Shown one piece after another: positions 45,201 to 59,029 of a DNA stretch of 64,000 nucleotides. The notes beneath the pieces were generated by a model. The model saw nothing but the letters and a program-made list of their open reading frames with translations. It did no database searches and was not told where the DNA came from. The position numbers and the translations under genes were made by a program. The stretch is from contig OZ024743.1 of assembly GCA_964016885.1 (NCBI GenBank), positions 208,444,001 through 208,508,000 of the forward strand. Direction: 5' to 3'. Within the stretch, counting starts at the first letter, position 1. Each line of letters starts with the position of its first letter. Source of the stretch: Eledone cirrhosa (lineage: Eukaryota).

Positions 45201-47300
45201 TCCATAAGATATACCACAGTTTACCATCCTATAGCCACAGATGAAAGCTCTTCACTCCATAAGATATACCACAGTTTACCATCCTATAGCCACACATGAA
45301 AGCTCTTCACTCCATAAGATATAACACAGTTTACCATCCTATGGCCACAGATGAAAGCTCTTCACTCCATAAGATACACCACAGTTTACCATCCTATAGC
45401 CAGATGAAAGCTCTTCACTCCATAAGATATACCACAGTTTACCATCCTATAGCCACAGATGAAAGTTCTTCACTCCATAAGTTATACCACAGTTTACCAT
45501 CCTATGGCCACACATGAAAGCTCTTCACTCCATAAGATATACCACAGTTTACCATTCTGTGGCCACAGATGAAAGCTCTTCACTCCATAAGTTATACCAC
45601 AGTTTACCATCCTATAGCCACAGATGAAAGCTCTTCACTCCATAAGATATACCACAGTTTACAATCCTATAGCCACACATGAAAGCTCTTCACTCCATAA
45701 GATATACCACAGTTTACCATCCTATAGCCACACATGAAAGCTCTTCACTCCATAAGATATACCACAGTTTACCATCCTATAGCCACACATGAAAGCTCTT
45801 CACTCCATGAGATATACCACAGTTTATCATCCTATAGCCACACATGAAAGCTCTTCACTCCATAAGATATACCACAGTTTACCATCCTATAGCCACACAT
45901 GAAAGCTCTTCACTCCATAAGATATACCACAGTTTACCATCCTATAGCCACAGATGAAAGCTCTTCACTCCATAAGATATACCACAGTTTACCATCCTAT
46001 AGCTAGATGAAAGCTCTTCACTCCATAAGATATACCACAGTTTACCATCCTATAGCCACAGATGAAAGCTCTTCACTCCATAAGTTATACCACAGTTTAC
46101 CATCCTATAGCCACACATGAAAACTCTTCACTCCATAAGATATACCACAGTTTACCATCCTATAGCCACACATGAAAGCTCTTCACTCCATAAGATATAA
46201 CACAGTTTACCATCCTATAGCCACACATGAAAGCTCTTCACTCCATAAGATATACCACAGTTTACCATCCTATAGCCACACATGAAATCTCTTCACTCCA
46301 TAAGATATACCACAGTTTACCATCCTATAGCCACACATGAAAGCTCTTCACTCCATGAGATATACCACAGTTTACCATCCTATAGCCACAGATGAAAGCT
46401 CTTCACTCCATAAGATATACCACAGTTTACCATCCTATAGCCACAGATGAAAGCTCTTCGCTCCATAAGATATAACACAGTTTACCATCCTATAGCCACA
46501 GATGAAAGCTCTTCACCCCATAAGATATACCACAGTTTACCATCCTATAGGACAACATGAAAGCTCTTCACTCCATAAGATATACCACAGTTTACCATCC
46601 TATGGCTACAGATGAAAGCTCTTCACTCCATAAGATATACCAAAGTTTACCACCCTATGGCCACAGATGAAAGCTCTTCACTCCATAACATATACCACAG
46701 TTTACCATCATATAGCCGCACATGAAAGCTCTTCACTCCATAAGATATACCACAGTTTACCATCCTATAGCCACAGATGAAAGCTCTTCACTCCATAAGA
46801 TATACCACAGTTTACCATCCTATAGGCACACATGAAAGCTCTTCACTCCATAAGATATACCACAGTTTACCATCCTATAGCCACACATGAAAGCTCTTCA
46901 CTCCATAAGATATACCACAGTTTACCATCCTATAGCCACGCCACGGATGAAAGCTCTTCACTCCATAAGATATACCACAGTTTACCATCCTATAGCCACA
47001 TATGAAAGGTCTTCACTCCATAAGATATACCGCAGTTTACCATCCTATTGCCACAGATGAAAGCTCTTCACTCCATAAGATATACCACAGTTTACAATCC
47101 TATAGCCACACATGAAAACTCTTCACTCCATAACATATAGCACAGTTTACCATCCTATAGCCACACATGAAAGCTCTTCACTCCATAAGATATACCACAG
47201 TTTACCATCCTATAGCCACACATGAAAGCTCTTCACTCCATAAGATATACCACAGTTTACCATCCTATAGCCACACATGAAAGCTCTTCACTCCATAAGA
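39250..47300. repeat. Dispersed duplication of ~2 kb: ~39250-41350 and ~45240-47300 (offset 5985, then 5930)
   Basis: Near-identical pseudo-ORFs at 39311/45296; GGACAACATG 40620/46550; 60-mer 41005/46935; shared private variants TGGCTACA, GCCGCA, AAAGGTCT, CCGCAG, TATAGCACAG. Confidence 0.88.
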
Positions 47301-50300
47301 TATACCACAGTTTACCATCCTATAGCCACACATGAAAGCTCTTCACTCCATAAGATATACCACAGTTTACCATCCTATAGCCACAGATGAAAGCTCTTCA
47401 CTCCATAAGATATACCACAGTTTACCATCCTATAGCTAGATGAAAGCTCTTCACTCCATAAAATATACCACAGTTTACCATCCTATAGCCACAGATGAAA
47501 GCTCTTCACTCCATAAGATATACCACAGTTTACCATCCTATAGCCACACATGAAAGCTCTTCACTCCATAAGATATACCACAGTTTACCATCCTATAGCC
47601 ACACATGAAAGCTCTTCACTCCATAAGATATAACACAGTTTACCATCCTATAGCCACACATGAAAGCTCTTCACTCCATAAGATATACCACAGTTTACCA
47701 TCCTATAGCCACACATGAAAGCTCTTCACTCCATAAGATATACCACAGTTTACCATGCTATAGCCACACATGAAAGCTCTTCACTCCATAAGATATACCA
47801 CAGTTTACCATCCTATAGCCACAGATGAAAGCTCTTCACTCCATAAGATATACCACAGTTTACCATCCTATAGCCACAGATGAAAGCTCTTCACTCCATA
47901 AGATATACCACAGTTTACCATCCTATAGCCACAGATGAAAGCTCTTTGCTCCATAAGATATAACACAGTTTACCATCCTATAGCCACAGATGAAAGCTCT
48001 TCACCCCATAAGATATACCACAGTTTACCATCCTATAGGAAAACATGAAAGCTCTTCACTCCATAAGATATACCACAGTTTACCATCCTATAGCCACAGA
48101 TGAAAGCTCTTCACTCCATAAGATATACCACAGTTTACCATCCTATAGCCACACATGAAAACTCTTCACTCCATAAGATATACCACAGTTTACCATCCTA
48201 TAGCCACACATGAAAGCTCTTCACTCCATAAGATATAACACAGTTTACCATCCTATAGCCACACATGAAAGCTCTTCACTCCATAAGATATACCACAGTT
48301 TACCATCCTATAGCCACACATGAAAGCTCTTCACTCCATAAGATATACCACAGTTTACCATCCTATAGCCACACATGAAAGCTCTTCACTCCATAAGATA
48401 TACCACAGTTTACCATCCTATAGCCACAGATGAAAGCTCTTCACTCCATAAGATATACCACAGTTTACCATCCTATAGCCACAGATGAAAGCTCTTCGCT
48501 CCATAAGATATAACACAGTTTACCATCCTATAGCCACAGATGAAAGCTCGTCACCCCATATGATATACCACAGTTTACCATCCTATAGGACAACATGAAA
48601 GCTCTTCACTCCATAAGATATACCACAGTTTACCATCCTATGGCCACAGATGAAGCTCTTCACTCCATAAGATATACCACAGTTTACCATCCTATAGCCA
48701 CAGATGAAAGCTCTTCACTCCATAAGATATACCACAGTTTACCTTCCTATAGCCACACATGAAAGCTCTTCACTCCATAACATATACCACAGTTTACCAT
48801 CCTATAGCCACACATGAAAGCTCTTCACTCCATAAGATATACCACAGTTTACAATCCTATAGCCACACATGAAAGCTCTTCACTCCATAACATATACCAC
48901 AGTTTACCATCCTATAGCCACACATGAAAGCTCTTCACTCCATAAGATATACCACAGTTTACCATCCTATAGCCACACATGAAAGCTCTTCACTCCAAAA
49001 GATATACCACAGTTTACCATCCTATAGCCACACATGAAAGCTCTTCACTCCATAAGATATACCACAGTTTACCATCCTATAGCCACACATGAAAGCTCTT
49101 CACTCCATAAGATATACCACAGTTTACCATCCTATAGCCACAGATGAAAGCTCTTCGCTCCATAAGTTATAACACAGTTTACCATCCTATAGCCACAGAT
49201 GAAAGCTCTTCACCCCATAAGATATACCACAGTTTACCATCCTATAGGAAAATATGAAAGCTCTTCACTCCATAAGATATACCACAATTTACCATCCTAT
49301 GGCCACAGATGAAAGCTCTTCACTCCATAAGATATACCAAAGTTTACCACCCTATGGCCACAGATGAAAGCTCTTCACTCCATAACATATACCACAGTTT
49401 ACCATCATATAGCCACACATGAAAGCTCTTCACTACATAAGATATACAACAGTTTACCATCCTATAGCCACAGATGAAAGCTCTTCACTCCATAAGATAT
49501 ACCACAGTTTACCATCCTATAGCCACAGATGAAAGCTCTTCGCTCCATAAGATATAACACAGTTTACCATCCTATAGCCACAGATGAAAGCTCTTCACTC
49601 CATAAGATATACCACAGTTTACCATCCTATAGCCACACATGAAAGCTCTTCACTCCATAAGATATACCACAGTTTACCATCCTATAGCCACACATGAAAG
49701 CTCTTCACTCCATAAGATATACCACAGTTTACCATCCTATAGCCACAGATGAAAGCTCTTCACTCCATAAGATATACAACAGTTTACCATCCTATAGCTA
49801 GATGAAAGCTCTTCACTCCATAAGATATACCACAGTTTACCATCCTATGGCTACAGATGAAAGCTCTTCACTCCATAAGATATACCAAAGTTTACCACCC
49901 TATGGCCACAGATGAAAGCTCTTCACTCCATAACATATACCACAGTTTACCATCATATAGCCGCACATGAAAGCTCTTCACTCCATAAGATATACCACAG
50001 TTTACCATCCTATAGCCACAGATGAAAGCTCTTCACTCCATAAGATATACCACAGTTTACCATCCTATAGGCACACATGAAAGCTCTTCACTCCATAAGA
50101 TATACCACAGTTTACCATCCTATAGCCACACATGAAAGCTCTTCACTCCATAAGATATACCACAGTTTACCATCCTATAGCCACGCCAAGGATGAAAGCT
50201 CTTCACTCCATAAGATATACCACAGTTTACCATCCTATAGCCACATATGAAAGGTCTTCACTCCATAAGATATACCGCAGTTTACCATCCTATTGCCACA

Positions 50301-53300
50301 GATGAAAGCTCTTCACTCCATAAGATATACCACAGTTTACAATCCTATAGCCACACATGAAAACTCTTCACTCCATAACATATAGCACAGTTTACCATCC
50401 TATAGCCACACATGAAAGCTCTTCACTCCATAAGATATACCACAGTTTACCATCCTATAGCCACACATGAAAGCTCTTCACTCCATAAGATATACCACAG
50501 TTTACCATCCTATAGCCACACATGAAAGCTCTTCACTCCATAAGATATACCACAGTTTACCATCCTATAGCCACACATGAAAGCTCTTCACTCCATAAGA
50601 TATACCACAGTTTACCATCCTATAGCCACAGATGAAAGCTCTTCACTCCATAAGATATACCACAGTTTACCATCCTATAGCTAGATGAAAGCTCTTCACT
50701 CCATAAAATATACCACAGTTTACCATCCTATAGCCACAGATGAAAGCTCTTCACTCCATAAGATATACCACAGTTTACCATCCTATAGCCACACATGAAA
50801 GCTCTTCACTCCATAAGATATACCACAGTTTACCATCCTATAGCCACACATGAAAGCTCTTCACTCCATAAGATATAACACAGTTTACCATCCTATAGCC
50901 ACACATGAAAGCTCTTCACTCCATAAGATATACCACAGTTTACCATCCTATAGCCACACATGAAAGCTCTTCACTCCATAAGATATACCACAGTTTACCA
51001 TGCTATAGCCACACATGAAAGCTCTTCACTCCATAAGATATACCACAGTTTACCATCCTATAGCCACAGATGAAAGCTCTTCACTCCATAAGATATACCA
51101 CAGTTTACCATCCTATAGCCACAGATGAAAGCTCTTCACTCCATAAGATATACCACAGTTTACCATCCTATAGCCACAGATGAAAGCTCTTTGCTCCATA
51201 AGATATAACACAGTTTACCATCCTATAGCCACAGATGAAAGCTCTTCACCCCATAAGATATACCACAGTTTACCATCCTATAGGAAAACATGAAAGCTCT
51301 TCACTCCATAAGATATACCACAGTTTACCATCCTATAGCCACAGATGAAAGCTCTTCACTCCATAAGATATACCACAGTTTACCATCCTATAGCCACACA
51401 TGAAAACTCTTCACTCCATAAGATATACCACAGTTTACCATCCTATAGCCACACATGAAAGCTCTTCACTCCATAAGATATAACACAGTTTACCATCCTA
51501 TAGCCACACATGAAAGCTCTTCACTCCATAAGATATACCACAGTTTACCATCCTATAGCCACACATGAAAGCTCTTCACTCCATAAGATATACCACAGTT
51601 TACCATCCTATAGCCACACATGAAAGCTCTTCACTCCATAAGATATACCACAGTTTACCATCCTATAGCCACAGATGAAAGCTCTTCACTCCATAAGATA
51701 TACCACAGTTTACCATCCTATAGCCACAGATGAAAGCTCTTCGCTCCATAAGATATAACACAGTTTACCAACCTATAGCCACAGATGAAAGCTCTTCACC
51801 CCATATGATATACCACAGTTTACCATCCTATAGGACAACATGAAAGCTCTTCACTCCATAAGATATACCACAGTTTACCATCCTATGGCCACAGATGAAG
51901 CTCTTCACTCCATAAGATATACCACAGTTTACCATCCTATAGCCACAGATGAAAGCTCTTCACTCCATAAGATATACCACAGTTTACCTTCCTATAGCCA
52001 CACATGAAAGCTCTTCACTCCATAACATATACCACAGTTTACCATCCTATAGCCACACATGAAAGCTCTTCACTCCATAAGATATACCACAGTTTACAAT
52101 CCTATAGCCACACATGAAAGCTCTTCACTCCATAACATATACCACAGTTTACCATCCTATAGCCACACATGAAAGCTCTTCACTCCATAAGATATACCAC
52201 AGTTTACCATCCTATAGCCACACATGAAAGCTCTTCACTCCAAAAGATATACCACAGTTTACCATCCTATAGCCACACATGAAAGCTCTTCACTCCATAA
52301 GATATACCACAGTTTACCATCCTATAGCCACACATGAAAGCTCTTCACTCCATAAGATATACCACAGTTTACCATCCTATAGCCACAGATGAAAGCTCTT
52401 CGCTCCATAAGTTATAACACAGTTTACCATCCTATAGCCACAGATGAAAGCTCTTCACCCCATAAGATATACCACAGTTTACCATCCTATAGGAAAATAT
52501 GAAAGCTCTTCACTCCATAAGATATACCACAATTTACCATCCTATGGCCACAGATGAAAGCTCTTCACTCCATAAGATATACCAAAGTCTACCACCCTAT
52601 GGCCACAGATGAAAGCTCTTCACTCCATAACATATACCACAGTTTACCATCATATAGCCACACATGAAAGCTCTTCACTCCATAAGATATACAACAGTTT
52701 ACCATCCTATAGCCACAGATGAAAGCTCTTCACTCCATAAGATATACCACAGTTTACCATCCTATAGGCACACATGAAAGCTCTTCACTCCATAAGATAT
52801 ACCACAGTTTACCATCCTATAGCCACAGATGAAAGCTCTTCACTCCATAAGATATACCACAGTTTACCATCCTATAGCCACAGATGAAAGCTCTTCACTC
52901 CATAAGATATACCACAGTTTACCATCCTATAGCTAGATGAAAGCTCTTCACTCCATAAGATATAACACAGTTTAGCATCCTATAGCCACACATGAAAGCT
53001 CTTCACTCCATAAGATATACCACAGTTTACCATCCTATAGCCACACATGAAAGCTCTTCACTCCATAAGATATACCACAGTTTACCATCTTATAGCCACA
53101 CATGAAAGCTCTTCACTCCATAAGATATACCACAGTTTACCATCCTATAGCCACAGATGAAAGCTCTTCACTCCATAAGATATACCACAGTTTACCATCC
53201 TATAGCCACAGATGAAAGCTCTTCGCTCCATAAGATATAACACAGTTTACCATCCTATAGCCACAGATGAAAGCTCTTCACTCCATAAGATATACCACAG

Positions 53301-53500
53301 TTTACCATCCTATAGCCACACATGAAAGCTCTTCACTCCATAAGATATACCACAGTTTACCATCCTATAGCCACACATGAAAGCTCTTCACTCCATAAGA
53401 TATACCACAGTTTACCATCCTATAGCCACAGATGAAAGCTCTTCACTCCATAAGATATACAACAGTTTACCATCCTATAGCTAGATGAAAGCTCTTCACT
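46590..53500. repeat. 3245-bp (59-monomer) tandem duplication; second copy carries ~8 extra monomers near 52740-53190
   Basis: Offset 3245 for 46935/50180, 48038/51283, 48588/51833 and 49247/52492, with a shared 1-bp deletion TGAAGCT and CCAAAAGA. The offset becomes 3683 at 49541/53224. Confidence 0.9.
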
Positions 53501-56500
53501 CCATAAGATATACCACAGTTTACCATCCTATAGCCACAGATGAAAGCTCTTCACTCCATAAGATATACCACAGTTTACCATCCTATAGCCACACATGAAA
53601 GCTCTTCACTCCATAAGATATACCACAGTTTACCATCCTATAGCCACAGATGAAAGCTCTTCACTCCATAAGATATACAACAGTTTACCATCCTATAGCT
53701 AGATGAAAGCTCTTCACTCCATAAGATATACCACAGTTTACTATCCTATAGCCACAGATGAAAGCTCTTCACTCCATAAGATATACCACAGTTTACCATC
53801 CTATAGCCACACATGAAAGTTCTTCACTCCATAAGATATACCACAGTTTACCATCCTATAGCCACACATGAAAGCTCTTCACTCCATAAGATATACCACA
53901 GTTTACCATCCTATAACCACAGATGAAAGCTCTTCACTCCATAAGATATACAACAGTTTACCATCCTATAGCCACACATGAAAGCTCTTCACTCCATAAG
54001 ATATACCACAGTTTACCATCCTATTGCCACAGATGAAAGCTCTTCACTCCATAAGATATACCACAGTTTACAATCCTATAGCCACACATGAAAGCTCTTC
54101 ACTCCATAACTTATACCACAGTTTACCATCATATAGCCACACATGAAAGCTCTTCACTCCATAAGATATACCACAGTTTACCATCCTATAGCCACACATG
54201 AAAGCTCTTCACTCCTTAAGATATACCACAGTTTACCATCCTATAGCCACGCCACGGATGAAAGCTCTTCACTCCATAAGATATACCACAGTTTACCGTC
54301 CTATAGCCACACATGAAAGCTCTTCACTCCATAACATATACCACAGTTTACCATCCTATAGCCACACATGAAAGCTCTTCACTCCATAAGATATACCACA
54401 GTTTACAATCATATAGCCACACATGAAAGCTCTTCACTCCATAACATATACCACAGTTTACCATCGTATAGCCACCCATGAAAGCTCTTCACTCCATAAG
54501 ATATACCACAGTTTACCATCCTGTAGCCACACATGAAAGCTCTTCACTCCATAAGATATACCACAGTTTACCATCCTATAGCCACACATGAAAGCTCTTC
54601 ACTCCATAAGATATACCACAGTTTACCATCCTATAGCCACACATGAAAGCTCTTCACTCCATAAGATATACCACAGTTTACGATCCTATAGCCACAGATG
54701 AAAGCTCTTCGCTCCATAAGATATAACACAGTTTACCATCCTATAGCCACAGATGAAAGCTCTTCACCCCATAAGATATACCACAGTTTACCATCCTATA
54801 GGAAAATATGAAAGCTCTTCACTCCATAAGATATACCACAGTTTACCATCCTATGGCCACAGATGAAAGCTCTTCACTCCAGAAGATATACCAAAGTTTA
54901 CCACCCTATGGCCACAGATGAAAGCTCTTCACTCCATAACATATACCACAGTTTACCATCATATAGCCACACATGAAAGCTCTTCACTCCATAAGATATA
55001 CAACAATTTACCATCCTATAGCCACAGATGAAAGCTCTTCACTCCATAAGATATACCACAGTTTACCATCCTATAGGCACACATGAAAGCTCTTCACTCC
55101 ATAAGATATACCACAGTTTACCATCCTATAGCCACAGATGAAAGCTCTTCACTCCATGAGATATACCACAGTTTACCATCCTATAGCCACAGATGAAAGC
55201 TCTTCACTCCATTAGATATACCACAGTTTACCATCCTATAGCTAGATGAAAGCTCTTCACTCCATAAGATATAACACAGTTTACCATCCTATAGCCACAC
55301 ATGAAAGCTCTTCACTCCATAAGATATACAACAGTTTACCATCCTATAGCTAGATGAAAGCTCTTCACTCCATAAGATATACCACAGTTTACCATCCTAT
55401 AGCCACAGATGAAAGCTCTTCACTCCATAAGATATACCACAGTTTACCATCTTATAGCCACAGATGAAAGCTCTTCACTCCATAAGATATACCACAGTTT
55501 ACCATCCTATAGCTAGATGAAAGCTCTTCACTCCATAAGATATACCACAGTTTACCATCCTATAGCCACAGATGAAAGCTCTTCACTCCATAAGATATAC
55601 CACAGTTTACCATCCTATAGCCACAGATGAAAGCTCTTCTCTCCATAAGATATACCACAGTTTACCATCCTATAGCCACACATGAAAGCTCTTCACTCCA
55701 TAACATATACCACAGTTTACCATCCTATAGCCACAAATGAAAGCTCTTCACTCCATAAGATATACCACACTTTACCATCCTATAGCCAGATGAAAGCTCT
55801 ACACTCCATAAGATATACCACAGTTTACCATCCTATAGCCACACATGAAAGCTCTTCACTCCATAAGATATAACACAGTTTACCATACTATAGCCACACA
55901 TGAAAGCTCTTCACTCCATAAGATATACCACAGTTTACCATCCTATAGCCAGATGAAAGCTCTTCACTCCATAAGATATACCACAGTTTACCATCCTATA
56001 GCCACACATGGAAGCTCTTCACTCCATAAGATATAACACAGTTTACCATCCTATAGCCACACATGAAAGCTATTCACTCCATAAGATATACCACAGTTTA
56101 CCATCCTATAGCCAGATGAAAGCTCTTCACTCCATAAGATATACCACAGTTTACCATCCTATAGCCAGATGAAAGCTCTTCACTCCATAAGATATACCAC
56201 AGTTTACCATCCTATAGCCACACATGAAAGCTCTTCACTCCATAAGATATAACACAGTTTACCATCCTATAGCCACACATGAAAGCTCTTCACTCCATAA
56301 GATATACCACAGTTTACCATCCTATAGCCACACATGAAAGCTCTTCACTCCATAAGATATACCACAGTTTACCATCCTATAGCCACACATGAAAGCTCTT
56401 CACTCCATAACATATACCACAGTTTACCATCCTATAGCCACACATGAAAGCTCTTCACTCCATAAGATATACCACAGTTTACAATCCTATAGCCACACAT

Positions 56501-59029
56501 GAAAGCTCTTCACTCCATAACATATACCACAGTTTACCATCCTATAGCCACACATGAAAGCTCTTCACTCCATAAGATATACCACAGTTTACCATCCTAT
56601 AGCCACACATGAAAGCTCTTCACTCCATAAGATATACCACAGTTTACCATCCTATAGCCACACATGAAAGCTCTTCACTCCATAAGATATACCACAGTTT
56701 ACCATCCTATAGCCACACATGAAAGCTCTTCACTCCATAAGATATACCACAGTTTACCATCCTATAGCCACACATGAAAGCTCTTCACTCCATAAGATAT
56801 ACCACAGCTTACCATCCTATAGCCACACATGAAAGCTCTTCACTCCATAAGATATACCACAGTTTACCATCCTATAGCCACACATGAAAGCTCTTCACTC
56901 CATAAGATATACCACAGTTTACCATCCTATAGGAAAACATGAAAGCTCTTCACTCCATAAGATATACCACAGTTTACCATCTTATGGCCACAGATGAAAG
57001 CTCTTCACTCCATAAGATATACCAAAGTTTACCACATTATGGCCACAGATGAAAGCTCTTCACTCCATAACATATACCACAGTTTACCATCATATAGCCA
57101 CACATGAAAGCTCTTCACTCCATAAGATATACCACAGTTTACCATCCTATAGCCACAGATGAAGGCTCTTCACTCCATAAGATATACCATAGTTTACCAT
57201 CCTATAGGCACACATGAAAGCTCTTCACTCCATAAGATATACCACAGTTTACCATCCTATAGCCACACATGAAAGCTCTTCACTCCATAAGATATACCAC
57301 AGTTTACCATCCTATAGCAAAACATGAAAGCTCTTCACTCCATAAGATATACCACAGTTTACCATCCTATGGCCACACATGAAAGCTCTTCACTCCCTAA
57401 GATATACCACAGTTTACCATCCTATAGACACATCACAGATGAAAGCTCTTCACTCCATAAGATATACCACAGTTTACCATCCTATAGCCACACATTAAAG
57501 CTCTTCACTCCATAAGATATACCACAGTTTACCATACTATTGCCACAGATGAAAGCTCTTCACTCCATAAGATATACAACAGTTTACCATCCTATAGCCA
57601 CACATGAAAGCTCTTCACTCCATAAGATATACCACAGTTTACCGTCCTATAGCCACACATGAAAGCTCTTCACTCCATAAGATATACCACAGTTTACCAT
57701 CCTATAGCCACACATGAAAGCTCTTCACTCCGTAAGATATACCACAGTTTACAATCCTATAACCACACATGAAAGCTCTTCACTCCATAAGATATACCAC
57801 AGTTTACCATCCTATAGCCACACATGAAAGCTCTTCACTCCATAAGATATACCACAGTTTACCATCCTATAGCCACAGATGAAAGCTCTTCACTCCATAA
57901 GATATACCACAGTTTACCATCCTATAGCTTGATGAAAGCTCTTCACTCCATAAGATATACCACAGTTTACCATCCTATAGCCACAGATGAAAGCTCTTCA
58001 CTCCATAAGATATACCACAGTTTACCATCCTATAGCTAGATGAAAGCTCTTCACTCCATAAGATATACCACAGTTTACCATCCTATAGCCACAGATGAAA
58101 GCTCTTCACTCCATAAGATATACCTCAGTTTACCATCCTATAGCCACAGATGAAAGCTCTTCACTCCATAAGATATACCACAGTTTACCATCCTATAGCC
58201 ACACATGAAAGCTCTTCACTCCATAAGATATAACACAGTTTACCATCCTATAGCTTGATGAAAGCTCTTCACTCCATAAGATATACCACAGTTTATCATC
58301 CTATAGCCAGATGAAAGCTCTACAGTCCATAAGATATACCACAGTTTACCATCCTATAGCCACACATGAAAGCTCTTCACTCCATAAGATATAACACAGT
58401 TTACCATACTATAGCCACACATGAAAGCTCTTCACTCCATAAGATATACCACAGTTTAACATCCTATAGCCAGATGAAAGCTCTTCACTCCATAAGATAT
58501 ACCACAGTTTACCATCCTATAGCCACACATGAAAGCTCTTCACTCCATAAGATATAACACAGTTTACCATCCTATAGCCACACATGAAAGCTATTCACTC
58601 CATAAGATATACCACAGTTTACCATCCTATAGCCAGATGAAAGCTCTTCACTCCATAAGATATACCACAGTTTACCATCCTATAGCCACACATGAAAGCT
58701 CTTCACTCCATAAGATATAACACAGTTTACCATCCTATAGCCACACATGAAAGCTCTTCACTCCATAAGATATACCACAGTTTACCATCCTATAGCCACA
58801 CAGGAAATCTCTTCACTCCATAAGATATACCACAGTTTACAATCCTATAGCCACACATGAAAGCTCTTCACTCCATAAGATATACCACAGTTTACCATCC
58901 TATAGCCACACATGAAAGCTCTTCACTCCATAAGATATACCACAGTTTACCATCCTATAGCCACAGATGAAAGCTCCTCACTCCATAAGATATACCACAG
59001 TTTACCATCCTAGAGCCAGATGAAAGCTC

